64,000 bases of DNA. It comes from Escherichia phage REP4. The position numbers and the translations under genes are program-made. Location of the stretch: the sequence record OQ174503.1; one strand, 5' to 3'. Under the pieces are notes generated by a model. The model had not been told where the DNA came from, made no database searches, and saw nothing but the letters and a program-made list of their open reading frames with translations. Shown piece by piece: positions 27,170 to 39,700 of the stretch. Position 1 is the stretch's first letter. Each line of letters opens with the position of its first letter.

Positions 27170-27574
27170 TTAACCTTTATCAACAATAGTATGTGTATGG
27201 GCATTTACGATTTGCCACCAGTCAAAACTATCGCCAAATCGTTTTGATTTATTGTCTTCAATAATTTGGCGTAATTCATCTTCTGTTTCAGCATACGCAA
27301 TCAAATCATCATATCCACCGCAAGGATAGTAATTATCGCCTGCGAACAAAAGAAAATTTACTTTAGATGGGTCTACATAATAATGCTCTTTAGGATATTT
27401 AGTTCCTTTCCAATCAGTTACTTCAACATAACGATAAGAAAATCCATTTTTACTTTCAACCCAACTCCACGCTTCAAAAGGAGTATTAAAAACTCTATCA
27501 GGTATTAAATTACCTTCAAAATGAGAAGGATTTGCATAATCCCCAGCATAAACATAATATTCGTTAATATTCAT
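27170..27574 (-). CDS. Hypothetical protein
   Basis: 134-aa ORF. Confidence 0.5.
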   Translation of the reverse strand: MNINEYYVYAGDYANPSHFEGNLIPDRVFNTPFEAWSWVESKNGFSYRYVEVTDWKGTKYPKEHYYVDPSKVNFLLFAGDNYYPCGGYDDLIAYAETEDELRQIIEDNKSKRFGDSFDWWQIVNAHTHTIVDKG

Positions 27575-27760
27575 TTATTCACCTTTAGAAATTTTATCCA
27601 TAACAATAGCGATTAAACCAATTAAAAATGCTACTACAAGTGAAAAAACATTTTCTGCTGTAGTCAATAATCCACATATAAATCCAACAAACATTGAAAA
27701 ACTAAAAGCAGAAGCAGAAATTGCAATAGCAACATTTCGAATTAATTCACAACGTTTCAT
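27575..27760 (-). CDS. Small two-helix membrane protein
   Basis: 61-aa ORF with ATG preceded by GGAGAATAAA and an early promoter upstream. Confidence 0.5.
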   Translation of the reverse strand: MKRCELIRNVAIAISASAFSFSMFVGFICGLLTTAENVFSLVVAFLIGLIAIVMDKISKGE

Positions 27761-27787
27761 TTTATTCTCCTCAGTAGTTGATAGGGT

Positions 27788-27818
27788 AATAGTATCACAA
27801 CTAAAACCCTATGTAAAC
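27788..27818 (-). promoter_or_regulatory. T4 early-type promoter
   Basis: GTTTAC at 27818..27813, TGATACTAT. Confidence 0.5.
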
Positions 27819-27836
27819 AACTTTGTGAAATATTTA

Positions 27837-28124
27837 TTACAAAAGATTTTTAGCAATAATCTTGAGATGTGCCGCAGAAATGTGTTTAGCTTTAAACAAC
27901 GCAGTTTCTTCAGCAGGAGAGATAATGATTGTAGCACCATCCTTTTTAGCAGACCACCCATCACCTAGGTAAACAGTACCTTTGATTTCTTCGCCATCAA
28001 CCAAACTAATCATTGGTTTACCTTCTCGTCCTTTATTTGCTTTAATAACTTCAGAAGTAAGAGTAGCTTCAGTAATAGTAGAAACCGGGGTAGTTGTAGA
28101 AGTAAATTCTTTGAAAGTTTTCAT
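27837..28124 (-). CDS. ipI: Internal protein I-like head cargo protein (95 aa) with capsid-targeting sequence; by position and sequence the T4 IPI (anti-restriction) homolog
   Basis: MKTFKEF... N-terminus, probable gp21 cleavage after ...ITE; located next to 57B as in T4. Confidence 0.75.
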   Translation of the reverse strand: MKTFKEFTSTTTPVSTITEATLTSEVIKANKGREGKPMISLVDGEEIKGTVYLGDGWSAKKDGATIIISPAEETALFKAKHISAAHLKIIAKNLL

Positions 28125-28154
28125 TTTATTTTCCTAATTAATTTTGATGAGATA

Positions 28155-28184
28155 ATAGTATCACTACCTCATCAACGTGTAAAC
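28155..28184 (-). promoter_or_regulatory. T4 early-type promoter upstream of ipI-like gene
   Basis: GTTTAC at 28184..28179, TGATACTAT; flanking sequence nearly identical to the promoter at 27788-27818. Confidence 0.5.
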
Positions 28185-28196
28185 AACTTTGTGAAA

Positions 28197-28893
<697 letters not shown>

Positions 28894-28894
<1 letters not shown>

Positions 28895-29607
28895 TATAGT
28901 ACCTTTAGTGTATTTTTAATTTTAGAAAAAAGTTCTTCAAGAGAACCATCGTTTGTAATTACTAAATCGCCATCACGAATTGGCAATCCAGCTTCTGTAA
29001 TATGAGTATCATTGGATTTTTGACCAGGACGAACTACATGAATTACTGTAGCACCCATCGCCCTAGCCGCATCCATTTCATGATCTTGACGAGTATCAGG
29101 AACGATATAATAATCATAACCTGAGTTAAATTTATCAAGATAATCTAAAGCAAATAATTTTACCCAATACATGCGGTCGAAGTTATTAACAATCAAATCC
29201 GTACCTAGGGCTTGCATCAGACGACGGACTGACCATTGATCTTCAATATTATTTATAACGTCAGCAATCTTGTTAAATGCTACGAAATTAACTGCGTCAT
29301 CAAAAACAAACACACCTTTAATTGGGCTTTTACTATTAAGATAGCAAAATGCTTGTTCCATAATCGTAATTACTTCTAATTTAGTCAGATTTAAATTAGT
29401 CTCACGATCATAGTCAATTCCTTCAAACTCTTTACGAGTTAAACAAGGATAGTCAGTGTTTGCTGCAAATACACCCCATGCATAAGCCAATGCATCCTTA
29501 ATAGGACCAGCAAGTTGATATTTAACTGCAGAATAATTATTCATAATAAAATCTGCAGTAGTATCTTTTCCACTACGCTTTACACCACTTAAAAAGATTA
29601 GTTTCAT
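28894..29607 (-). CDS. 1: Deoxynucleoside monophosphate kinase
   Basis: MKLIFLSGVKRSGKDTTADFIM... with P-loop; matches T4 gp1. Confidence 0.9.
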
Positions 29608-29656
29608 ATGTTTCTCCTCAAATTTAGTTAAGATTATAACACATGAAACTGAAGCA

Positions 29657-30187
29657 TTAAACTTCTGCTATAATTTTGCCATCTTTTTCTACTTGAAAAT
29701 ACGTATAAGGAATCGTTGCTGTGCATACTAAGGCTGGGTCTGAATCTTCCGTGTAGCTAAATTCTACTTCAGACAGGTCAGAAACCCAAGGCTTATAAAA
29801 ATTTATTGACATCACGATTTCAGTTTTACTATTATCTAAAATGTAAAGCGTAATGTATTCAGGACCTGTTTTTTGGGCAGTATTTTCGCCTGTAAGATAG
29901 TTACTAGTTCCTAGCATCCATTCATACATTCCTATCCACGACTTAAGCTCTTCATCAACTATAAATCTCACGATGAGTGGGTCGTACTCAAATGTAACAC
30001 CTGGACGTTGTGCTCGGCCTAGTCCAAACGGCCCAGTCACGGTATCAGTAACAGGTATCCTAATTCCCGGAATAGGAACTGACTGAGCATTTAAAGTAAA
30101 AGCGGATGTAGTATTACTATGCGGTATTGATACTACAAAGTTAGTTGTATTTGCTTGGTTAAAAATTTGTTGTAGTGCTTGCGACAT
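29657..30187 (-). CDS. 3: gp3 tail-tube terminator / tail completion protein (176 aa, start at internal ATG)
   Basis: Track ORF 29657..30268 begins with a non-ATG codon; internal ATG (MSQALQQIF...) with GAGGAA RBS gives the T4 length. Confidence 0.8.
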   Translation of the reverse strand: MSQALQQIFNQANTTNFVVSIPHSNTTSAFTLNAQSVPIPGIRIPVTDTVTGPFGLGRAQRPGVTFEYDPLIVRFIVDEELKSWIGMYEWMLGTSNYLTGENTAQKTGPEYITLYILDNSKTEIVMSINFYKPWVSDLSEVEFSYTEDSDPALVCTATIPYTYFQVEKDGKIIAEV

Positions 30188-30293
30188 ATATTCCTCATAA
30201 TGCTTCATAAATGTTGGTGGTATAATGGGTCTAAGTCCCTTCCATTCAATTCCAATTAGAACAAACAATAGAAAAGAATGGAAGATAATAGAA

Positions 30294-31118
30294 TTAGATA
30301 TTTGACCAGACTTTGTTTGCAGAGAAACGTTTTCCTTTTGAAACGAACTGCTGAAGTGGCATTAATACAACGTTCGCCCAGTCTTTCGGGGCGATTTCAA
30401 CAAGGCTACCCATGATATTACCAGGTATATATGCCTTAATCATTTGGTCTGCACCTCTAAATCCTTTCACTTGACTCCAATCAATTTTTAATTTCGTTTT
30501 ATTAGTAATAGTAGGTGTATTTGAATATTGCTTTAAAAGCTCTTCTAGAAATTGCTGACGAGCTTTAGGTGGAATATAGTGCAAGTTCAATCCGTACATT
30601 AAATTATGTTTACCTAAACCGAGGTAAATTATCAAAGGAAATTTATCCCAGTAAGGAAGAGTTTCTTTGTGTTTAGCATCGTAAGCAAAAGCATATATTC
30701 GTCCCGGCTGCGGGCGAACAACTTTATGTCCTTTTACCTGCTTAATAGTTTCAGCAAACCACTTTCTGGTTTTATTATTAATTGCTGCGCCTTCATTACG
30801 AATTTTATCACGCAATGTTTGCCTGAATGAATTTATCATAAGCAGTTGTCTTTCTTGCTTATTGAGTTTATTCATTGGTTTTGATTCAAGCTTTTGAATC
30901 TTTTCAGCCGTTTTAATTCCTGAAGCATATTTTGACATTGCCGAAGTAAACGTAGAGTATTTGATTCCTCTTTCTTCAGCAAATTGCTTTCCTGTCATTC
31001 CTTTTGCTTTGGCCTTTTTGTATTCAAGACCTATCTGAATCCATTTCTTTTCGTTTAATGATTGCTTAACCTTTGGAACTTGGGGAGTGCTTTCATTAAT
31101 TATTTGAAAAATAGCCAT
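30294..31118 (-). CDS. 2: gp2 DNA end-protector protein
   Basis: 274 aa, T4 gp2 length; synteny 4-2-3-1. Confidence 0.85.
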   Translation of the reverse strand: MAIFQIINESTPQVPKVKQSLNEKKWIQIGLEYKKAKAKGMTGKQFAEERGIKYSTFTSAMSKYASGIKTAEKIQKLESKPMNKLNKQERQLLMINSFRQTLRDKIRNEGAAINNKTRKWFAETIKQVKGHKVVRPQPGRIYAFAYDAKHKETLPYWDKFPLIIYLGLGKHNLMYGLNLHYIPPKARQQFLEELLKQYSNTPTITNKTKLKIDWSQVKGFRGADQMIKAYIPGNIMGSLVEIAPKDWANVVLMPLQQFVSKGKRFSANKVWSNI

Positions 31119-31570
31119 TATGCCCCCTTAAAGCCAAGAGCTCGTAATCCATCTTCTGTTAGAATTCTAAATTTTATTCCACGCTTTTCAGCTAAAGCTT
31201 GCGCTGCTTTCCATTTATCAGTATTAACGGAATATGTATAAATTTCATTCATAAATCTTTTCTTCGCTGCGGTTGTTAGATGTGCCGGTTTAACTGGTGG
31301 TTGTGTTTCTTTTTTAGGTTTTATTTCAATAAAAAATTCTTGTCCAGAAGAATCTTTCATCCAAATATCCATGAAGTATCTACGTTTTTTCCCTTCTGCA
31401 TTACAAAAATAAGGAATTACTGCTGTTTCACTACCCCATGCAATAATTTCTGGATTTTTATCTAACCATTCAAAAAAGAATTTTTCCCAATTTGATCTAT
31501 ACGTAATTTTTTTAGGGTCACCTCTATATTTTGATATATTTTTAGGAACCCATTTTCCAGAATATGCCAT
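31118..31570 (-). CDS. 4: gp4 head completion protein
   Basis: 150 aa, T4 gp4 length; divergent from gene 53 with late promoters on both strands between them. Confidence 0.85.
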   Translation of the reverse strand: MAYSGKWVPKNISKYRGDPKKITYRSNWEKFFFEWLDKNPEIIAWGSETAVIPYFCNAEGKKRRYFMDIWMKDSSGQEFFIEIKPKKETQPPVKPAHLTTAAKKRFMNEIYTYSVNTDKWKAAQALAEKRGIKFRILTEDGLRALGFKGA

Positions 31571-31581
31571 TGGATTCTCCT

Positions 31582-31604
31582 TATAAATAGATAATATATT
31601 TATA
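31582..31604. promoter_or_regulatory. Divergent late promoters between genes 4 and 53
   Basis: TATAAATA on plus strand at 31582-31589 (gene 53) and on minus strand at 31597-31604 (gene 4). Confidence 0.7.
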
Positions 31605-31617
31605 AACAGGAGGGCCC

Positions 31618-32208
31618 ATGCTCTTTACATTTTTTGATCCGATTGAATATGCGGCCAAAACGGTGAATAAAAACGCGCCGACTATTCCTATGACAGATAT
31701 TTTTAGAAACTATAAAGACTATTTTAAACGCGCTCTTGCGGGATATCGCTTACGTACTTATTATATTAAAGGTTCACCACGCCCGGAAGAATTAGCAAAT
31801 GCTATATATGGAAATCCACAGTTGTATTGGGTTTTATTGATGTGTAATGATAATTATGATCCGTATTATGGATGGATTACTTCGCAGGAAGCTGCTTATC
31901 AAGCATCTATACAAAAATACAAAAATGTAGGTGGAGACCAAATAGTATATCATGTGAATGAGAACGGTGAAAAATTTTATAATTTAATATCATACGATGA
32001 TAATCCGTATGTTTGGTATGACAAAGGCGATAAAGCCAGAAAATATCCTCAATATGAAGGAGCACTTGCTGCGGTCGATACGTATGAAGCTGCTGTTCTT
32101 GAAAATGAAAAACTTCGTCAAATAAAAATAATAGCAAAATCAGACATTAATTCATTTATGAACGACCTTATACGTATAATGGAGAAATCTTATGGAAATG
32201 ATAAGTAA
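31618..32208 (+). CDS. 53: gp53 baseplate wedge protein
   Basis: 196 aa, T4 gp53 length; ATG with AGGAGGG RBS and late promoter upstream. Confidence 0.9.
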   Translation: MLFTFFDPIEYAAKTVNKNAPTIPMTDIFRNYKDYFKRALAGYRLRTYYIKGSPRPEELANAIYGNPQLYWVLLMCNDNYDPYYGWITSQEAAYQASIQKYKNVGGDQIVYHVNENGEKFYNLISYDDNPYVWYDKGDKARKYPQYEGALAAVDTYEAAVLENEKLRQIKIIAKSDINSFMNDLIRIMEKSYGNDK

Positions 32209-33919
32209 TAACCTTAATTGGTTTGTTGGTGTTGTTGAAGATAGAATGGACCCATTAAAATTAGGTCGTGTTCGTGTTCGTGTGGTTGGTCTGCATCCGC
32301 CTCAAAGAGCACAAGGCGATGTAATGGGTATTCCAACTGATAAATTACCATGGATGTCAGTTATTCAACCTATAACTTCTGCAGCAATGTCTGGAATTGG
32401 AGGCTCCGTTACTGGTCCGGTAGAAGGAACTAGAGTATATGGTCATTTTTTAGACAAATGGAAAACTAACGGAATTGTCCTTGGCACGTATGGTGGGATA
32501 GTTCGCGAAAAACCTAATAGACTTGAAGGATTTTCTGACCCAACTGGACAGTATCCTAGACGTCTAGGAAATGATACTAACGTATTAAACCAAGGCGGAG
32601 AAGTAGGATATGATTCGTCTTCTAATATTATCCAAGACAGTAATTTAGATACTGCAATAAATCCAGATGATAGACCGCTATCAGAAATTCCAACTGATGA
32701 TAATCCAAATATGTCAATGGCTGAAATGCTTCGCCGTGATGAAGGATTAAGACTAAAAGTTTATTGGGATACTGAAGGATATCCGACAATTGGTATTGGT
32801 CATCTTATCATGAAGCAGCCAGTTCGTGATATGGCCCAAATTAATAAAGTTTTATCAAAACAAGTTGGTCGTGAAATTACCGGAAATCCAGGTTCTATTA
32901 CAATGGAAGAAGCGGTAACTTTATTTGAACGCGATTTGGCTGATATGCAACGTGACATTAAATCACATTCTAAAGTTGGCCCAGTTTGGAAAGCAGTTAA
33001 TCGTTCTCGTCAAATGGCGTTAGAAAATATGGCATTTCAGATGGGTGTTGGCGGTGTAGCTAAATTTAACACAATGTTAACTGCTATGTTAGCCGGAGAT
33101 TGGGAAAAAGCATATAAAGCTGGTCGTGATTCATTGTGGTATCAACAAACAAAAGGCCGTGCATCCCGTGTTACCATGATTATTCTTACCGGGAATTTGG
33201 AATCATACGGTATTGAAGTGAAAACGCCAGCTAGGTCTTTGTCTGCAATGGCTGCTACTGTAGCAAAGTCTTCTGACCCGGCTGATCCTCCTATTCCGAA
33301 TGATTCGAGAATTTTATTTAAAGAACCTGTTTCTTCATATAAAGGTGAATATCCGTATGTTCACACAATGGAAACTGAAAGCGGTCATATTCAGGAATTC
33401 GATGATACCCCTGGGCAAGAGCGATACAGATTAGTTCATCCGACTGGAACGTATGAGGAAGTATCACCATCAGGAAGAAGAACAAGAAAAACTGTTGATA
33501 ATTTGTATGATATAACAAATGCTGATGGTAATTTTTTGGTAGCCGGTGATAAAAAGACTAACGTCGGTGGATCAGAAATTTATTACAACATGGATAATCG
33601 TCTTCACCAAATAGATGGAAGCAATACAATATTTGTGCGTGGCGATGAAACTAAGACAGTTGAAGGTAATGGAACTATCCTAGTTAAAGGTAATGTTACT
33701 ATTGTAGTTGAAGGTAATGCTGACATTACAGTTAAAGGAGATGCTACCACTTTAGTTGAAGGAAATCAAACTAATACAGTAAATGGAAATCTTTCTTGGA
33801 AAGTTGCTGGGACAGTTGATTGGGACGTTGGTGGTGATTGGACAGAAAAAATGGCATCTATGAGTTCTATTTCATCTGGTCAATACACAATTGATGGATC
33901 GAGGATTGACATTGGCTAA
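32192..33919 (+). CDS. 5: gp5 baseplate hub / cell-puncturing device with lysozyme domain
   Basis: 575 aa; MEMISNNLNWFVGVVEDR...; internal lysozyme domain MAEMLRRDEGLRLKVYWDTEGYPTIGIGHLI; C-terminal VxGxxxxx beta-helix repeats. Confidence 0.97.
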   Translation: MEMISNNLNWFVGVVEDRMDPLKLGRVRVRVVGLHPPQRAQGDVMGIPTDKLPWMSVIQPITSAAMSGIGGSVTGPVEGTRVYGHFLDKWKTNGIVLGTYGGIVREKPNRLEGFSDPTGQYPRRLGNDTNVLNQGGEVGYDSSSNIIQDSNLDTAINPDDRPLSEIPTDDNPNMSMAEMLRRDEGLRLKVYWDTEGYPTIGIGHLIMKQPVRDMAQINKVLSKQVGREITGNPGSITMEEAVTLFERDLADMQRDIKSHSKVGPVWKAVNRSRQMALENMAFQMGVGGVAKFNTMLTAMLAGDWEKAYKAGRDSLWYQQTKGRASRVTMIILTGNLESYGIEVKTPARSLSAMAATVAKSSDPADPPIPNDSRILFKEPVSSYKGEYPYVHTMETESGHIQEFDDTPGQERYRLVHPTGTYEEVSPSGRRTRKTVDNLYDITNADGNFLVAGDKKTNVGGSEIYYNMDNRLHQIDGSNTIFVRGDETKTVEGNGTILVKGNVTIVVEGNADITVKGDATTLVEGNQTNTVNGNLSWKVAGTVDWDVGGDWTEKMASMSSISSGQYTIDGSRIDIG

Positions 33920-33929
33920 TATACTTCCA

Positions 33930-34448
33930 ATGAGCGCTGATTTAGGAGAATCCATGGAAGGTTCTTCTATCGACGTCACCTTTACCGCTCAATTAGAAAC
34001 AGGTGAAACGTTAGTATCTATAAATATAACTAGTTACGAAGAAACTCCTGGGGTTTTAGTAGAAGAAAATCATTTATATGGAACGTATGAATCTGTGTTT
34101 GGATTTGGAAATGACGCATTGAAATATCGTTTAGATGATGAATTTAAAACTGCTGCTTCATGGGAAGACCTTCCAACTGATTCTAATACTCAGTTATATT
34201 TGTGGAAAGCTCCTCAAAACCTCCAGAAGACATTCACTTATGAAGTAACATTAATATATGACTACCAAGAACAAAGTGAATCTGGAGGTTCTGGCAGTAA
34301 TTCTAGGTCATCTTCTGATACTACTGAACCAACGAATCCTCCAGCTCCAATAAGAAAAACTCTTGTTAAAAATTACACAAAAACTATAGTTGGAAATTGG
34401 AGTCGTTGGGCTAATAAATTGAGAAGCTATGTGTATGAGAGGCCATAA
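33930..34448 (+). CDS. 5.1: gp5.1-like baseplate-associated protein (start at ATG just after gp5 stop)
   Basis: Track ORF 33891..34448 overlaps gp5; internal ATG at 33930. Confidence 0.6.
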
Positions 34449-34742
34449 ATGTCAGGATTAAGTTATGATAAGTGTGTTACTGCTGGCCATGAAGCATGGC
34501 CTCCAACAGTTGTGAATGCCACACAAAGTAAAGTATTCACCGGAGGAATTGCTGTTCTCGTAGCAGGTGATCCAATTACAGAACATACAGAAATTAAAAA
34601 GCCATATGAGACACATGGCGGAGTGACACAACCTAGAACTTCTAAGGTATATGTCACTGGAAAGAAAGCTGTTCAAATGGCTGATCCAATATCATGCGGT
34701 GATACTGTGGCTCAGGCATCATCTAAAGTATTCATTAAATAG
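34449..34742 (+). CDS. 5.4: gp5.4 PAAR-repeat spike tip protein
   Basis: 97 aa, T4 gp5.4 length, Gly/Val/Thr-rich sharp-cone PAAR-type sequence. Confidence 0.85.
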
Positions 34743-34750
34743 GATTTAAA

Positions 34751-36733
34751 ATGGCAAATACCCCTGTAAATTATCAATTAACAAGAACAGCAAATGCTAT
34801 TCCCGAGATATTCGTCGGGGGTACATTTGCTGAAATAAAACAAAACCTCATTGAATGGCTTAATGGTCAAAATGAATTTTTGGATTATGATTTTGAAGGC
34901 TCAAGATTAAACGTTCTGTGCGACCTTTTAGCTTATAATACATTATACATTCAGCAGTTTGGTAATGCTGCTGTGTATGAAAGCTTTATGCGTACTGCTA
35001 ACTTACGTAGTTCAGTAGTTCAAGCTGCACAAGATAATGGATATTTACCTACTTCAAAATCAGCTGCTCAAACTGAAATTATGCTAACTTGTACAGACGC
35101 ATTGAATAGAAATTACATTACTATTCCTCGTGGTACTCGCTTTTTAGCATATGCAAAGGATACTTCTGTTAATCCTTATAACTTTGTCTCTACCGAAGAT
35201 GTTATTGCTATTCGTGATAAAAATAACCAATATTTTCCACGTTTAAAATTGGCCCAGGGACGTATAGTAAGAACTGAAATCATTTATGATAAATTAACAC
35301 CTATTATCATTTATGACAAAAATATAGATAGAAACCAAGTTAAATTATACGTTGATGGAGCAGAATGGATTAACTGGACAAGAAAGTCAATGGTTCATGC
35401 TGGTTCTACATCAACAATTTACTACATGCGTGAAACTATTGATGGAAATACTGAATTTTATTTTGGTGAAGGCGAGATTTCCGTCAACACGGCAGAAGGA
35501 GCATTGACTGCTAATTATATTGGAGGTCTTAAACCTACCCAGAACTCTACGATTGTTATTGAGTACATCAGTACTAACGGTGCAGATGCGAATGGCGCAG
35601 TCGGATTTTCATACGCAGATACATTAACAAATATAACTGTTATCAATATTAATGAAAACCCAAACGATGACCCAGATTTTGTTGGGGCAGACGGTGGCGG
35701 TGATCCAGAAGATATTGAGCGTATTCGCGAATTGGGTACTATTAAACGCGAAACTCAGCAACGATGCGTAACTGCGACTGACTATGATACATTCGTTTCA
35801 GAGAGATTTGGTTCTATTATTCAAGCAGTTCAGACTTTCACTGATTCTACTAAACCTGGTTATGCATTTATTGCTGCTAAACCTAAATCAGGGCTGTATT
35901 TAACTACTGTACAGCGTGAAGATATTAAAAATTATCTCAAAGACTACAATTTAGCTCCTATTACGCCATCAATTATTTCTCCTAATTATCTTTTTATTAA
36001 GACTAATTTAAAAGTCACATATGCTTTAAATAAGCTGCAAGAATCCGAACAGTGGCTCGAAGGTCAAATAATTGATAAAATTGATCGTTATTATACCGAA
36101 GATGTAGAAATTTTTAACTCATCTTTCGCTAAATCTAAGATGTTGACATACGTAGATGATGCAGATCATTCTATCATTGGCTCATCGGCGACAATTCAAA
36201 TAGTACGTGAAGTACAAAACTTCTATAAAACGCCTGAAGCGGGTATTAAATACAATAATCAAATAAAAGATCGTTCTATGGAATCTAATACGTTTTCATT
36301 TAATTCTGGACGAAAGGTTGTAAATCCTGATACTGGTTTAGAAGAAGATGTATTATATGACGTTCGTATAGTATCAACAGACCGAGATTCTAAAGGAATT
36401 GGTAAAGTTATTATTGGTCCATTTGCTTCTGGCGATGTTACAGAAAATGAAAACATTCAGCCGTATACAGGCAACGATTTTAACAAATTAGCAAATTCTG
36501 ATGGACGCGACAAATACTATGTTATCGGTGAAATAAATTATCCGGCTGATGTGATTTACTGGAATATCGCTAAAATTAATTTAACATCTGAAAAATTTGA
36601 AGTTCAGACTATTGAATTATATTCTGACCCAACCGATGATGTTATCTTTACTCGCGATGGTTCACTGATTGTATTTGAAAATGACTTACGTCCACAATAC
36701 TTAACTATCGATTTGGAGCCTATATCACAATGA
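34751..36733 (+). CDS. 6: gp6 baseplate wedge protein
   Basis: 660 aa, synteny and T4 length. Confidence 0.93.
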   Translation: MANTPVNYQLTRTANAIPEIFVGGTFAEIKQNLIEWLNGQNEFLDYDFEGSRLNVLCDLLAYNTLYIQQFGNAAVYESFMRTANLRSSVVQAAQDNGYLPTSKSAAQTEIMLTCTDALNRNYITIPRGTRFLAYAKDTSVNPYNFVSTEDVIAIRDKNNQYFPRLKLAQGRIVRTEIIYDKLTPIIIYDKNIDRNQVKLYVDGAEWINWTRKSMVHAGSTSTIYYMRETIDGNTEFYFGEGEISVNTAEGALTANYIGGLKPTQNSTIVIEYISTNGADANGAVGFSYADTLTNITVININENPNDDPDFVGADGGGDPEDIERIRELGTIKRETQQRCVTATDYDTFVSERFGSIIQAVQTFTDSTKPGYAFIAAKPKSGLYLTTVQREDIKNYLKDYNLAPITPSIISPNYLFIKTNLKVTYALNKLQESEQWLEGQIIDKIDRYYTEDVEIFNSSFAKSKMLTYVDDADHSIIGSSATIQIVREVQNFYKTPEAGIKYNNQIKDRSMESNTFSFNSGRKVVNPDTGLEEDVLYDVRIVSTDRDSKGIGKVIIGPFASGDVTENENIQPYTGNDFNKLANSDGRDKYYVIGEINYPADVIYWNIAKINLTSEKFEVQTIELYSDPTDDVIFTRDGSLIVFENDLRPQYLTIDLEPISQ

Positions 36734-39700
36734 CAGTAAAAGCACCTTCAGTCACTAGTCTCAGAATTTCCAAGTTATCCGCAAATCAGGTGCAAGTACG
36801 CTGGGATGACGTTGGTGCTAATTTCTACTATTTTGTAGAAATCGCTGAGACAAAAACAAACTCGGGGGAAAATCTCCCGAGTAATCAATATAGATGGATT
36901 AACTTAGGATATACTGCAAATAACAGCTTCTTTTTTGACGATGCTGACCCGTTGACATCATACATTATCAGAGTAGCTACTGCTGCGCAAGATTTTGAGC
37001 AGTCTGATTGGATTTATACCGAAGAGTTTGAAACTTTTGCTACAAATGCTTATACATTTCAAAACATGATTGAAATGCAATTAGCTAATAAATTCATTCA
37101 GGAAAAATTTACTCTTAATAATTCTGATTATGTCAATTTTAATAATGACACTATAATGGCTGCATTAATGAATGAATCATTTCAGTTCAGCCCATCATAT
37201 GTTGACGTTTCATCAATAAGTAATTTTATTATTGGTGAAAATGAGTATCATGAAATACAGGGTTCTATTCAGCAAGTATGTAAGGATATTAACCGAGTTT
37301 ATTTGATGGAATCAGAAGGGATTTTATACCTTTTTGAGCGCTATCAACCTGTAGTTAAAGTATCCAATGATAAAGGACAAACTTGGAAAGCTGTAAAGCT
37401 CTTCAATGACCGCGTAGGATATCCTTTATCTAAGACAGTATATTACCAATCTGCGAACACAACATACGTTCTAGGATACGACAAGATTTTCTATGGCCGC
37501 AAATCTACTGATGTTAGATGGTCAGCTGACGATGTCAGATTTAGTTCGCAGGATATAACATTCGCTAAACTTGGCGACCAATTACATCTAGGATTTGATG
37601 TAGAAATTTTTGCCACTTACGCAACTTTGCCAGCGAATGTATATCGCATTGCAGAAGCTATTACTTGCACCGATGATTACATTTACGTTGTCGCCAGAGA
37701 CAAAGTTAGATACATAAAAACGAGTAATGCACCTATAGATTCTGATCCATTATCTCCGACATATTCGGAAAGACTTTTTGAACCTGATACTATGACTATA
37801 ACTGGAAATCCTAAAGCAGTATGCTATAAAATGGATTCTGTCGGTGATAAAGTTTTTGCTCTTATTATTGGTGAAGTTGAAACACTAAATGCTAATCCTA
37901 GAACATCAAAAATAATTGATTCTGCTGATAAAGGAATATATGTTTTAAATCATTACACAAAAACATGGAAAAGAGTTTTTGGCAACACTGAAGAAGAAAG
38001 AAGACGTATTCAACCAGGGTATGCGAATATGTCAACTGATGGTAAATTAGTTTCTCTATCATCGAGTAATTTTAAATTTTTAAGTGATAATGTTGTTAAT
38101 GACCCTGAAACTGCGGCAAAATATCAGTTAATCGGTGCCGTTAAATATGAATTTCCTCGTGAATGGCTAGCTGATAAACATTATCATATGATGGCATTTA
38201 TAGCGGATGAAAAGTCTGATTGGGAAACTTTTACTCCTCAGCCGATGAAATACTACGCAGAACCATTCTTTAACTGGTCTAAAAAATCTAACACACGTTG
38301 TTGGATAAACAACTCTGATAGGGTTGTAGTAGTTTATGCTGATTTAAAATACACTAAAGTTATAGAAAATATTCCGGAAACATCACCAGATAGATTAGTT
38401 CATGAATACTGGGATGATGGCGATTGCACTATAGTAATGCCAAATGTTAAATTCACTGGATTTAAAAAATATGCATCTGGGATGCTTTTCTATAAAGCCT
38501 CTGGTGAAATAATTTCTTACTATGATTTTAACTATCGTGTTAGAGACACTGTCGAAATTATTTGGAAGCCAACTGAAGTATTTTTAAAAGCATTTTTACA
38601 AAACCAAGAGCATGAAACTCCTTGGTCGCCCGAAGAAGAGCGTGGATTAGCTGACCCTGATTTAAGACCATTGATTGGCACAATGATGCCTGATTCTTAT
38701 TTGTTACAGGATTCGAATTTTGAGGCATTTTGCGAAGCATATATTCAGTATCTTTCTGATGGATATGGAACTCAGTATAACAATTTACGAAATTTAATTC
38801 GTAACAAATATCCACGAGAAGAGCATGCATGGGAATATTTGTGGTCAGAGATATATAAAAGAAACATTTATTTAAATGCTGACAAACGTGATGCTGTTGC
38901 AAGATTTTTCGAATCACGCAGCTATGATTTTTATTCTACTAAAGGAATTGAAGCATCATACAAATTTCTTTTTAAAGTTCTTTATAATGAAGAAGTTGAA
39001 ATTGAAATTGAATCTGGAGCTGGTACTGAATATGATATAATCGTTCAATCTGATTCTTTGACTGAAGATTTAGTAGGACAAACGATTTATACAGCTACAG
39101 GAAGATGTAATGTTACTTATATAGAAAGAAGCTATTCTAATGGTAAATTGCAATGGACCGTAACTATTCATAATCTTTTGGGAAGATTAATTGCTGGTCA
39201 AGAAGTTAAAGCAGAAAGACTCCCTAGTTTTGAAGGCGAAATTATTCGCGGGGTTAAAGGAAAGGATTTGCTTCAAAATAATATAGACTATATTAATAGA
39301 AGTCGATCATATTATGTAATGAAAATTAAATCCAATTTACCTTCTTCCCGCTGGAAATCTGACGTTATTCGTTTTGTTCATCCAGTAGGATTTGGATTTA
39401 TAGCAATTACTCTTTTAACAATGTTTATTAATGTTGGTTTAACTCTTAAACATACAGAGACTATAATTAATAAATACAAAAACTATAAATGGGATTCTGG
39501 ATTGCCTATTGAATATGCTGATAGAGTAGCTAAATTGACTCCAACCGGTGAAATTGAGCATGATTCGGTAACAGGCGAAGCAATTTATGAACCTGGCCCA
39601 ATGGCTGGTGTAAAATATCCTCTTCCTGATGACTATAATGCTGAAAATAATAATTCAATATTTCAAGGTCAATTGCCATCTGAACGACGTAAATTAATGA

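Noticed and set aside
33318-33518. Antisense ORFs inside late structural genes (for example 33318-33518, 36259-36456, 38558-38917, 40174-40509, 43113-43406, 44500-44763, 46038-46364, 46650-46928, 57955-58299, 58808-59206, 59852-60112)
   Set aside because: They lie opposite long, well-supported structural genes of T4 length, lack ribosome-binding sites, and are the usual by-product of six-frame translation.
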